A stretch of DNA of 63,306 bases, counting the filler. It is 4 parts of 4 records of this genome, joined end to end, with 100 filler letters (N's around TTAATTAATTAA, not from the genome) between each part and the next. Parts side by side here need not be neighbours in the genome. Positions count along the whole stretch, not along the records: positions 22,012 to 49,510 come from SRR31156797_9012; positions 49,611 to 55,826 come from SRR31156797_9016; positions 55,927 to 63,306 come from SRR31156797_9022; 1 more part is not named here. The stretch is one strand, 5' to 3'. The notes under the pieces were generated by a model. The model did no database searches. It was given only the letters and a program-made list of their open reading frames with translations, and had not been told where the DNA came from. Shown here piece after piece: positions 47,345-56,221 of the stretch (its first letter is position 1; the number at the start of each line of letters is the position of its first letter). Position numbers and translations under genes: made by a program.

Positions 47345-48922
47345 ATGAATTCAGAACACATACCAGGAATTTTCAACGACGTTATTGGCCCGGTAATGCG
47401 TGGGCCTTCCAGCTCACATACCGCTGCGGCCCACCGTATCGGGCGTATGATCAGTCAGGCTGCCAAACCGGGATTTTCAAATGTTGTTGTAAAATTCGAT
47501 AAAACAGGGGCACTGGCAACCACTTATTTGGGGCAGGGTTCAGCGATGGGTTTGGCAGGCGGGCTGCTGGGTTTGGAGATGTCGGATCCGGAAATCGTTA
47601 ATTTCGAAAAACACCTGGAAGGCAGTCGTTTTTCCATCGATTACATCATCACCGAAATCGAAAATAAGCATCCCAACGCATACCAGATTCATGTTCAATA
47701 TCCTGATGGTGATCAACTCAGGGTTTTGGCAGTTTCAACTGGCGGAGGAATGATTGAAGTCGTTGAATGGAACGAATTTAAAGTTTCATTGAAAGGCGAC
47801 TGTTTTGAAACACTAGTGTTTTTTCAGCAACTAAATTCGGATTCAGTCCATGAAATTGTAAATCTAATCAAGAGCAATTTTTCGGATATCAAAATATCAA
47901 CATCACAGGATCAGGATCAAAATCTTCTCGTAAATATTAAATCCACAAGAACCATTGGCGATGAAATCGGAAGCATTTTGGGTATTCCCAAAAATACCTA
48001 TCTGAAATATGAAATGGAGCCTGTAATGCCTGCACCAACAGCCTTTGATGTAAGCCCTCCATTCACAACCATTGATGAAATGCTGAAAATTGCCTCTGAA
48101 AAAAGCATCTCATTATCAGAACTGGCCATTATCTACGAAAGTGCCCGCAGCGGTTTGAGTTCCAATGTTATCCTGAAGAAAATGGAGGAGATTGTTTTGA
48201 TCATCAAAAAATCCATTGATGATGGTCTGAAGGGCACGTACTACAAGGACAGAATTCTTGGGGCTCAATCGCCTTTGATTGGGAGGGCTGAAAAGGACGG
48301 TCTAATCCAAAAATCAGTAAACAGCTCAATTATTGCCTGTGCAGCTGCGATTATGGAGGTGAAAAGTTCGATGGGGCTTATTGTTGCTGCGCCAACTGCA
48401 GGAAGCTGTGGGGTGCTTGGAGGTGCATTATTTGGTTCACTTCAGGATGCGGAATTTGACCTGACAATGATGGTCAGGGCATTTCTTGCTGCGGGACTTA
48501 CGGGTGTGTTTATCGCCGCCGGTTACACTTTTTCAGCAGAGGAAGGCGGTTGCCAGGTGGAGGCGGGGTCAGCTTCGGCAATGGCTGCAGCCGGATTGGT
48601 CGATTTATCCGGAGGAACTGCTCATCAGGCCATGGATGCAGCATCGATGGCTTTGCAAAACCAGTTGGGTTTGATTTGTGATCCTGTCGCGGTGAGGGTT
48701 GAAGTCCCGTGCCTCGGCAAAAACATCATGGCTGCTACCAATGCATACAATTCATATATCATGGCTATGGCCGGATTTGATGCAGTTATTCCCTACCATG
48801 AAGTGATAAAAGCAATGAAATCCGTTGGAGATGCATTACCCTCAACATTATGCTGTACCGGACTTGGAGGGCTGGCTCAAACACCCACCGGTAAATGTTT
48901 ATTCGGAAAGTTTAACGATTAA
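47345..48922 (+). CDS. sdaA: Fe-S L-serine dehydratase, fused beta + alpha chains
   Basis: GPVMRGPSSSHTAAA, HPN and STGGG (beta); APTAGSCG, GGCQVE, GLICDPV and VPCLGKN (alpha, three Fe-S cysteines). Confidence 0.9.
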   Translation: MNSEHIPGIFNDVIGPVMRGPSSSHTAAAHRIGRMISQAAKPGFSNVVVKFDKTGALATTYLGQGSAMGLAGGLLGLEMSDPEIVNFEKHLEGSRFSIDYIITEIENKHPNAYQIHVQYPDGDQLRVLAVSTGGGMIEVVEWNEFKVSLKGDCFETLVFFQQLNSDSVHEIVNLIKSNFSDIKISTSQDQDQNLLVNIKSTRTIGDEIGSILGIPKNTYLKYEMEPVMPAPTAFDVSPPFTTIDEMLKIASEKSISLSELAIIYESARSGLSSNVILKKMEEIVLIIKKSIDDGLKGTYYKDRILGAQSPLIGRAEKDGLIQKSVNSSIIACAAAIMEVKSSMGLIVAAPTAGSCGVLGGALFGSLQDAEFDLTMMVRAFLAAGLTGVFIAAGYTFSAEEGGCQVEAGSASAMAAAGLVDLSGGTAHQAMDAASMALQNQLGLICDPVAVRVEVPCLGKNIMAATNAYNSYIMAMAGFDAVIPYHEVIKAMKSVGDALPSTLCCTGLGGLAQTPTGKCLFGKFND

Positions 48923-48984
48923 CTATGCTAATTTTTCAGTGGATAAATTAAAAGTGGTTGGTTAATACTATTTCACACTGACAG

Positions 48985-49510
48985 TTACATGGAAAGGTCG
49001 AAGGGCAGGATTTTAGTAATCTCAATTTTTTCAGGCGAAACCACTGCTATTACAGGGAAAACCTCCACACCTGAGGCGAAAGCCCGGATGAGGGTTTCGG
49101 CATAATCAGGATCGATTTCCCGGGCCGGCGCAAACATCTCCACATCCATGCGTTGGATCATATAAAGCATCACAGCGCGCATGCCGGCAGCTTTGATTTC
49201 CATGAGTGTTTCCAGATGCTTTTTACCACGTGTGGTCACGGCATCCGGGAAACGGGCAAAACTACCCTCCTTCATGGTTACATTTTTAACTTCGATAAAA
49301 CACTGCTCGTTTTCATTCATGGCAAATATATCTATGCGGCTGTTGCCATATTTTACCTCACGCCTGACTTCTTTGTATCCTTTCAGGCCTGTGATCTGCT
49401 GATTTTTGATGGCGTCATAAGCCAGGATATTGGGGATGCCCGTGTTTATCCCAACCCATTTCCCGTCAATTTTAATCATCTCCCAGGTGAATTTTGTTTT
49501 TCTTTTGGGA
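48985..49510 (-). CDS. sfsA: DNA/RNA nuclease SfsA (5' end beyond contig)
   Basis: EVKYGNSRIDI, FIEVKNVT, FPDAVTTRGKKHL and IDPDYA motifs. Confidence 0.95.
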
Positions 49511-49610
49511 NNNNNNNNNNNNNNNNNNNNNNNNNNNNNNNNNNNNNNNNNNNNTTAATTAATTAANNNNNNNNNNNNNNNNNNNNNNNNNNNNNNNNNN
49601 NNNNNNNNNN
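49511..49610. other. Artificial contig linker
   Basis: N44-TTAATTAATTAA-N44. Confidence 0.99.
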
Positions 49611-49658
49611 GGTAACTGTGGGAATGTAAAATCCGTAAACGGCTTCTGCTTTTGACAT
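49611..49658 (-). CDS. N-terminus of iron-containing alcohol dehydrogenase (runs off contig)
   Basis: AAGGAG RBS then MSKAEAVYGFYIPTVT, resembling the sulfate-reducer Adh N-terminus (VYGFFIPxVT). Confidence 0.65.
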
Positions 49659-49719
49659 TTGAATCTCCTTTTTTATGTTCATGTAAAATTCACAAACTCA
49701 ATAACTGCCCCCTTACAAG

Positions 49720-49735
49720 AGCAATTTTGAGGCCA
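49720..49735 (-). promoter_or_regulatory. Sigma-54 (-24/-12) promoter
   Basis: Minus-strand TGGCCTCAAAATTGCT = GG-N10-GC. IHF-like TTTCAATCGCTTA at 49788-49800. Confidence 0.7.
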
Positions 49736-49877
49736 TGAAGCCGTATAGAAATCCTCACAAATTTATTTTTTAATTGAATAGCTTTTATTTCAATCGCTTA
49801 AATATGATATTTTTTTCTTTTGCAGAACGCCCCAGGGCTTGTCGATATTTTGAGGCCCCAATTTTTTTAAAAAAAAG

Positions 49878-49926
49878 TGTGGCGGATTGACCCAGCGATT
49901 AAGCCCTATGGGTCAAAAGGTAACAT
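49878..49926. promoter_or_regulatory. Possible sigma-54 activator UAS (or terminator hairpin)
   Basis: TTGACCCA (49887)...TGGGTCAA (49909) inverted repeat ~150-180 bp upstream of the -24 box. Confidence 0.4.
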
Positions 49927-49928
49927 GA

Positions 49929-50522
49929 TCAGGAAATGTCTGGATAGTAATAATCCAGGCACCTGTAGCAGAGTCCGTGCGAAATATTCGGTATGCCTTT
50001 TTCCAACAGGGAGGGAACCCACAGCCATCGATCCATATTATTCGGATCCTTGATTTTCCTACAATTCATACACTGAACAATCAAGCCTTTGCCGTTTACA
50101 AACTGTTTGTTGAAATCTATGCTTTTTTCAGTATGGGCACATTCTTTAATCAAATGATGAGATATAAGAAGGCCTTTTTTTTCCAAAATCGGATAAGCAT
50201 TTAGCCTGAATATTCTCAATAATTTTTCGGAAGAACACTCATAATTAAATCCAAACATTTTATTTAAAGCAAGCGCTTCTCTGTATTTTTTTTTGATGAA
50301 GCTTTTTAGAGGCTCTTCGCCCACTTCAGTGATGCTGGAACCTAAAGAATATGTTTGCGTTATTTTATCTCCGCCATTATTTATGGCAAAATTCTCCCAG
50401 GCTTTGTTATAAGCTTTTAGTTTCATTTCAGAGTCGACAATACATATAATGTCCTCGCTGTTTTTAATGGATTCTAAATCCATGTAGGATACTTGCCCTT
50501 GAAAAGTAGGATCAATAATCAT
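49929..50522 (-). CDS. PAS-like protein with C-terminal CxxC...SHxxCxxC domain
   Basis: ICIVD...YNKAW (PAS-like), then CMNCRKIKD...W...ISHGLCYRC. Confidence 0.7.
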   Translation of the reverse strand: MIIDPTFQGQVSYMDLESIKNSEDIICIVDSEMKLKAYNKAWENFAINNGGDKITQTYSLGSSITEVGEEPLKSFIKKKYREALALNKMFGFNYECSSEKLLRIFRLNAYPILEKKGLLISHHLIKECAHTEKSIDFNKQFVNGKGLIVQCMNCRKIKDPNNMDRWLWVPSLLEKGIPNISHGLCYRCLDYYYPDIS

Positions 50523-50587
50523 ATTAGAACTCCTCTGATCATCATATGGCAGATAATATTATAAGCATTGAAATACTCTGCGGGTCC

Positions 50588-51190
50588 TTAACTGCTTTCT
50601 TCATCATCAATGTCTATATCAGGATAATATTTTTCTGTACATTCATTACAGATACTGTGGCTGAACTTTGCTTCTGAATGATTATCTATATACGCTTCTA
50701 TCTGGTTCCAATAACCGGTATCATCACGAATCTTTTTGCAATGCATACATATTGGCAAAAGCCCGCTTAAATTCTTAACCTGGGATAATGCCTCCTTGAG
50801 TTCCGCCATGGTCTTGTGCAGTTTAATATGCAGATCAACCCTGGCTTTTACCATTATCGGATTCAGCGGTTTTTTTATAAAGTCCACGGCACCGGCCTGG
50901 AACCCTCTGGCGGCATCTTGTGCTTCAGTGATCGCCGTTACGAAAATAACGGGAATATGTTTTGTTCTTTCATTTGCTTTTAGCCTTTTACATACTTCAT
51001 ATCCGTCAATACCGGGCATCATAATATCAAGTAAAATCAAATCAGGCAGAATATCTCCCTGGGTTGCTTTAAGGGCTTGTTCGCCATTTTTTGCGACCAT
51101 GAGCTTATAATGATTACGTAGAAGTTCGGCCAGTATTTTAATGTTTTGTCGTTCATCATCTACGATCAAGATGCAGCTTTTCTTATCCAT
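50588..51190 (-). CDS. Response regulator (REC) with C-terminal Cys/His domain
   Basis: ILIVDD and DLILLDIMMPGIDG, then LLPICMHCKKIRDDTGYW...FSHSICNEC. Confidence 0.9.
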   Translation of the reverse strand: MDKKSCILIVDDERQNIKILAELLRNHYKLMVAKNGEQALKATQGDILPDLILLDIMMPGIDGYEVCKRLKANERTKHIPVIFVTAITEAQDAARGFQAGAVDFIKKPLNPIMVKARVDLHIKLHKTMAELKEALSQVKNLSGLLPICMHCKKIRDDTGYWNQIEAYIDNHSEAKFSHSICNECTEKYYPDIDIDDEESS

Positions 51191-51242
51191 TTTTCTCCAT
51201 TTACGTTGTGGCAACCTAATTTTCAGCAATCAATTATGGCGG

Positions 51243-54200
51243 TTATTGATTATCCAGTTTATTCTTAAGTTTTTCCATTGTCTCAAGCGCTTCTTTAAAA
51301 TCCATATTTTCTGAGTAATCTAAAAGCGCAGCACCGATCTTTTTAAGGGGACTGCCATGTAAATGAAGCAGCCGGTAAATCTCTTCTGCTTTACTATCCA
51401 TGTCGGGATCCATGTCCTTGGCCAACCGTTGGAAATCGCCCAGAAGGATGTTTAACTTTTCCATATCAATGGGTATTTTTCTGATTTCTTCTGTATCATC
51501 CAAGGACGGTGCCATGATCTTTTTTTCCAAATCTTCAACCACTTGAGTTAGATCTGTGCCCAAATCTTTCATGAGAGGCTCTAACCGGGAGAGCTGGTTT
51601 TCTTTTAGTGCCGTTTCAACTTTCTGAGAACTGTCATACAATGCCTGTGCCCCGATTCCACCAGCAACGCCTTTAAGCGTATGGGCCGTCCTTTGTGCCA
51701 GGGGCATATCATTCTGAATAACGGCCTGGGCGATGACCTGGTGGTCCTTGCCGTGGTCTTTAACAAAATGCTTTAAAATCGTCAAATAAAGATTCTGGTT
51801 GCCATTTGTTCTTTCTATTCCCGCGTCGATATCGATACCGGCCAGATCCGAAGGCAAGGATACGATTTTATCCATGACCTTTTCTGATTCAACCATGAGC
51901 GACCCATTTTCATTGCTCGGTATCCATTTGAGCAGGGTATCAAACAAAACTGTCGGGTCAATGGGTTTGGCAATGTAGTCAACCATGCCAACCGCAAGGC
52001 TGCGTTCGCGGTCCCCGGCCATGGCATTGGCTGTCATGGCAATAATGGGGGGATTATTTTCCCATTGTTTTTCCAAGATGGTACGGGTGGCTTCAAAACC
52101 ATCCATTTCAGGCATCTGAAGATCCATCAATATCGCGTCAAATCTAACATTTTCGGCCAGCTTAACCGCCTCTTTCCCATTATTTGCAATAACCACCCCA
52201 AGTCCGGCCTGGGTAAGAAGGTCCTCTGCCAAGATCTGATTAATCGTGTTATCATCAGCAACCAGAATTTTTGCACCTTTTATGTTTTCCAAAGGTTTAA
52301 CCCTCCAGCTCTCAGAAATAGTTTTTGCAATTCTTATCTCCCCTTTGCCACCGAGCGTATTCATGACGGTATCCAGCAGATCGGAAGGAATCACTGGTTT
52401 TGTTAAGAAACCATCTATATCGGCTTGCTGAACTTCACCCATTACGGCTTCCTGGGCCATGGCCGTCACCAAAATGATGCTGATATGGTCACTTTCAGGA
52501 AGTTTTTTAATATGATTTGATGCTTGGATTCCATTCATTCCAGCCATCATATAATCCATCAACACCAGCCTGAAAGGATCATCTGCAGGGGCGTTTTTTA
52601 TCGCATCTAAAGCCTCTTGGCCCGAGTCAACACAGGTTACCCGGAAAGAAAACGAGCCCAGGATCCGGGCCAACATCTGTCCGGCACTGGCCACATCATC
52701 GACCACAAGAACTTTAAGCTGTTCCAGATTTACAGGAACGCTTAATTCAGCGTGCTGTTGTCTTCCGGTATCTCTGCCAAGAACAACGGTGAAATAAAAA
52801 CAGCTCCCTTTGCCGGGATCACTTTCAACCCATATCCGGCCGTTCATCAGCTCAACCAAATGTTTACAAATGGTCAATCCTAACCCAGTTCCGCCATATT
52901 TTCTGGTGGTACTGCGATCGGCCTGGCTGAAGGCTTGAAACAGTCTTGACAGTTGATCCGGGGTCATGCCGACCCCTGTGTCCTTTACCATCACCTCCAA
53001 TTCTACCATATCGGCTTGTGTTTTAATTGGTCGAACTTTCACAACGATTTCACCGGATTCAGTAAATTTGAGAGCGTTAGCTGTTAGGTTGAGAAGAATC
53101 TGGCCCAGTCGCAGGGGGTCTCCGATGAAGTGAACCGGTGTTTCCGGAACGACGTCAAATAGAATCTCAGGGCCACTTTCCTGGGCCTTGATGGAAACCA
53201 TGTTGCGTAGGTTCGTTAAGACTTCTTCAAAATTGAATGGGATTAATTCCAGTGTCATTTTGCCGGCTTCAATTTTTGAAAAATCCAGAATATCGTTGAT
53301 AATACCCAACAATAACTGAGCAGATTGATGAACCATCTGGACATAATTGCGCTGCCGGGGATCCAGTTCGGTTCCCAGACAAAGATGGGACATGCCAATA
53401 ATGGCATTCATGGGAGTGCGGATTTCATGACTCATGTTGGCAAGAAAAGAGCTCTTGGTCTGGCTTGCTTCTTCGGCGATCCTGCGGGATGCGACAATCT
53501 CACTGATATCATGCAGGTTGACAACCATTCCGTTATAAGTCTTTGTATCATCCATAATAGGCGAAGCCGTGATTCGAATCTCTTTTTTTTCACCCCCTTT
53601 TGTATTCCTCACTGTTTCCTGCCCATAACAAATTTTTCCTTCCATGACCAGTTTAATGATTTGCCTGGTATCTTCAAGAGCTTCTTCAGGTACAAAATCT
53701 ATTTTTTTTCCAAAAAATTCTTCAGGTGTCCATCCGAAAATTTTCTCAAAAGCCGGATTAATATATTCCCCGTTTCCGTACTTGTCATACACCACCATGG
53801 GCTCTGCACTGGTTTCCATGACCGTATAAAGTTTCTTTTCACTGCGCGCCAGATCTCTTTCAGCCTTCTTTATCTGTGAAATATCCGTAAATGCTTCAAG
53901 CAGAACAGTTTCATTATTCAAGATGATTTGAATAGCACTTTTCATTACGGGAATTTTTTTCCCGTCTTTATCGATGACTATCCTTTCCGACGAATCTACC
54001 GCCTGCCCCATATCGAGGACAGGGCAATTGTGCTCCTCAGCGGAGCAAATGAAATTGTGGCACACCTTCCCGATCAGATCCTCTTCTTTGTCAAATCCCA
54101 TCATTGAAAGGGCAGCTTTATTCGTACTGCGGATAATTTTATCTCGACCAATCAGAATCACACCAAAAGGCATTGAGTTCAAAATTTTTTGTGTTTCCAT

Positions 54201-55289
54201 ATGCGCTTGATCTATTTCAGCTTTTGATTTTTTTAACAGTTCAGCAGTTGTTCTATTCCGTTTGTTCAGGCGGGCAAAGATAAACGTGGCTATCCCCATA
54301 ACTACAACAAAAAAACAAACCCCAATAATGACATACCAGTATTTTAAAAAAACCTGTGTCGGTGTAAATTTTCCATAATCCTCGTAAGGAGGAACGTTTA
54401 AAATTTTTAGACAGTCGTGTACCGATTGATAATTTTTGGGGATGGTCCATCCGGAACATGAAGCGGCAATGGCAGCTGTTGAATCGGGTTGAATTTCAAT
54501 CAACCGATGCGCCACTGTTTCAGCAAGGGCGTCAGGGGTATGAATAACTTGTCCCATTGGCCACTCCGGATATTCTCTTGTGGAATGAAGAAATGGTAAA
54601 TGAACCTTACCACCGCCATGTTCATGAATCACAAAAAAATCATCCAGGTTAATTTTGCCCTCCAGCTGCATTCTCTCCAAGGTATCGGTGCGGACCGTTC
54701 CTGCGTCTGTTTTTTGGTTTAAAACTGAAATAACAACCTGATCATGGGACCCTTCAAAAGATAATTTTGAAAAATCCTTGTATGGATCAATGCCGGTTTC
54801 TTCTAATTCACGCCATGCCATAAGCCATCCACCGAATGAATTTTCACTCACCGCTGCAAAATGTTTTCCCTTTAGGTCACTATATGTTCGAATATCAGAT
54901 CTTTGTTTCAAGCAAAACACAACGCCGCCAAATGTTGTATACGTCCCATTTAGTCGTTTATTTTTTAGCGTCGCTATCCGATTAACACCATGCATAACTT
55001 CTAACTCAACATAAATAGCCGAATTTGCGAGAATAAAATCCACATCCCCATTTTTTACTTTTTGGTTAATATCTTTAAAATCAATGGGAATAATTTTAAA
55101 GGAATAGCCTTGAACGACACGGGACAAATACGCCGCAGTCGGCGACCATTTTTTTAAGCAATTGTCTGTACCGCGCTTCGCCAACACGCCAATTTTAATT
55201 GCGTTTGTGCGGGGAAATGCGTTCGATGGGTGAAAATGAATTAACAGACAGAATACTACTAAAAAAAATTTCAAAGGATTAGTTTGCAT
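51243..55289 (-). CDS. Hybrid sensor histidine kinase: PhnD/SsuA-like periplasmic binding domain, 2 PAS, HisKA, HATPase, 2 REC, Hpt
   Basis: FLANMSHEIRTPMNA, GDPLRLGQILLNL, GGTGLGL, two receiver domains and AHTLKGVAG (Hpt). N-terminal SBP-like domain. Confidence 0.93.
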   Translation of the reverse strand: MQTNPLKFFLVVFCLLIHFHPSNAFPRTNAIKIGVLAKRGTDNCLKKWSPTAAYLSRVVQGYSFKIIPIDFKDINQKVKNGDVDFILANSAIYVELEVMHGVNRIATLKNKRLNGTYTTFGGVVFCLKQRSDIRTYSDLKGKHFAAVSENSFGGWLMAWRELEETGIDPYKDFSKLSFEGSHDQVVISVLNQKTDAGTVRTDTLERMQLEGKINLDDFFVIHEHGGGKVHLPFLHSTREYPEWPMGQVIHTPDALAETVAHRLIEIQPDSTAAIAASCSGWTIPKNYQSVHDCLKILNVPPYEDYGKFTPTQVFLKYWYVIIGVCFFVVVMGIATFIFARLNKRNRTTAELLKKSKAEIDQAHMETQKILNSMPFGVILIGRDKIIRSTNKAALSMMGFDKEEDLIGKVCHNFICSAEEHNCPVLDMGQAVDSSERIVIDKDGKKIPVMKSAIQIILNNETVLLEAFTDISQIKKAERDLARSEKKLYTVMETSAEPMVVYDKYGNGEYINPAFEKIFGWTPEEFFGKKIDFVPEEALEDTRQIIKLVMEGKICYGQETVRNTKGGEKKEIRITASPIMDDTKTYNGMVVNLHDISEIVASRRIAEEASQTKSSFLANMSHEIRTPMNAIIGMSHLCLGTELDPRQRNYVQMVHQSAQLLLGIINDILDFSKIEAGKMTLELIPFNFEEVLTNLRNMVSIKAQESGPEILFDVVPETPVHFIGDPLRLGQILLNLTANALKFTESGEIVVKVRPIKTQADMVELEVMVKDTGVGMTPDQLSRLFQAFSQADRSTTRKYGGTGLGLTICKHLVELMNGRIWVESDPGKGSCFYFTVVLGRDTGRQQHAELSVPVNLEQLKVLVVDDVASAGQMLARILGSFSFRVTCVDSGQEALDAIKNAPADDPFRLVLMDYMMAGMNGIQASNHIKKLPESDHISIILVTAMAQEAVMGEVQQADIDGFLTKPVIPSDLLDTVMNTLGGKGEIRIAKTISESWRVKPLENIKGAKILVADDNTINQILAEDLLTQAGLGVVIANNGKEAVKLAENVRFDAILMDLQMPEMDGFEATRTILEKQWENNPPIIAMTANAMAGDRERSLAVGMVDYIAKPIDPTVLFDTLLKWIPSNENGSLMVESEKVMDKIVSLPSDLAGIDIDAGIERTNGNQNLYLTILKHFVKDHGKDHQVIAQAVIQNDMPLAQRTAHTLKGVAGGIGAQALYDSSQKVETALKENQLSRLEPLMKDLGTDLTQVVEDLEKKIMAPSLDDTEEIRKIPIDMEKLNILLGDFQRLAKDMDPDMDSKAEEIYRLLHLHGSPLKKIGAALLDYSENMDFKEALETMEKLKNKLDNQ

Positions 55290-55343
55290 TCTTCACTCTC
55301 GATGATTCAGTTTTTAGGGACGTGAAAAAAAATACCATAGCAC

Positions 55344-55427
55344 TACAGCGACACTTTACTTTTTTCATAGAAAATGGGGCTGCAAATCCCCTCTCCTGAA
55401 AGGGTGGGATTTCTCAAGTGCGCTGTA
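55344..55427. mobile_element. Probable IS630-type MITE (80 bp plus TA duplication)
   Basis: cacTA|CAGCG(A)CACTT...AAGTGCGCTG|TAgtg. The empty site would be the palindrome CACTAGTG. Confidence 0.5.
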
Positions 55428-55714
55428 GTGGTAAATTTTGCGCCGAATGTTTATTCGTATTCAAAGTGCGGTTCAAGGAGCGTATTGAATGAAACATGGG
55501 TTTTGGGTTGCAACAAAGAATACGGATAAGGATTCGTTAATCATTCTGAAATTATGATAAGCATTACACAACTGATATAAAAAAGCAATAATATCGTAAT
55601 TAATCCAGCAAATTAAAACTCAACATATAGAAATTCAAACTCATAAAAAAAGGAGGGGTGGAAAGGTGGTTACCGTATGTGAAGTAATTTGCGTTTAAAA
55701 GCCGTTGTAAAAAT

Positions 55715-55754
55715 AAAAACATCCCCTGTCCCGGAAGGCCAGGGGATGTTTTTT
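55715..55754. terminator. Bidirectional rho-independent terminator
   Basis: AAAAACATCCCCTG...CAGGGGATGTTTTTT. Confidence 0.8.
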
Positions 55755-55768
55755 GTGTTTACCGCTTT

Positions 55769-55826
55769 TTAGGCTGCAGTTTCTATTCCTGTCAATTCCT
55801 TTTCAAGCCCCATGGCCCGGCCCAGC
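55769..55826 (-). CDS. C-terminal end of unidentified gene (runs off contig)
   Basis: Reads ...LGRAMGLEKELTGIETAA* and is followed directly by the terminator. Confidence 0.5.
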
Positions 55827-55926
55827 NNNNNNNNNNNNNNNNNNNNNNNNNNNNNNNNNNNNNNNNNNNNTTAATTAATTAANNNNNNNNNNNNNNNNNN
55901 NNNNNNNNNNNNNNNNNNNNNNNNNN
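55827..55926. other. Artificial contig linker
   Basis: N44-TTAATTAATTAA-N44. Confidence 0.99.
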
Positions 55927-55979
55927 GGTTGCCGCGAGGCGACTGCGAAAGTCGCGGTTTTGAATTAAGATTTAAACAT

Positions 55980-56033
55980 AAAAAGACCGCCTGAACGAGA
56001 GACTGCTCTTGCAATCTTTTCGCCCAGGCGGTC
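55980..56033 (-). terminator. Riboswitch expression-platform terminator
   Basis: GACCGCCTGGGCGA...TCGTTCAGGCGGTC-TTTTT, overlapping the 3' aptamer stem. Confidence 0.85.
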
Positions 56034-56098
56034 GGCTTATACCAATATCTATATTCCCTATGGGTGAACTCCCATTTTTCCGCCGGTCATATAGATAG
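56021..56098 (-). ncRNA. ZMP/ZTP (pfl) riboswitch
   Basis: Minus strand UAUAUGACCGGCGGAA-AAAUGGGAGUUCACCCAU-AGGGAAUAUAGAUA...AAGCCGACCGCCUGGGC has the pfl consensus, including the GGCGG/CCGCC pseudoknot. Confidence 0.92.
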
Positions 56099-56140
56099 TA
56101 AATTTTTTACTAATTTCTTTTTACTAATTACTCTAAATAA

Positions 56141-56169
56141 ATTTTATCATGAGTACAAAAATAAATCAA
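56141..56169 (-). promoter_or_regulatory. Sigma-70 promoter driving ZTP riboswitch leader
   Basis: TTGATT, 17 nt, then (TG)aTAAAAT. Confidence 0.7.
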
Positions 56170-56221
56170 TATTAATATTTTTTTCACTTTTGAATGAAAT
56201 GGAGCTATGAAATTTATGTTT

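Noticed and set aside
55376-55415. c-di-GMP-I (GEMM) riboswitch, suggested by GCAAA...GAAAG...GGGA
   Set aside because: It lacks the following GCAAAGC and second stem, and lies antisense to the downstream gene. A MITE interior explains it better.
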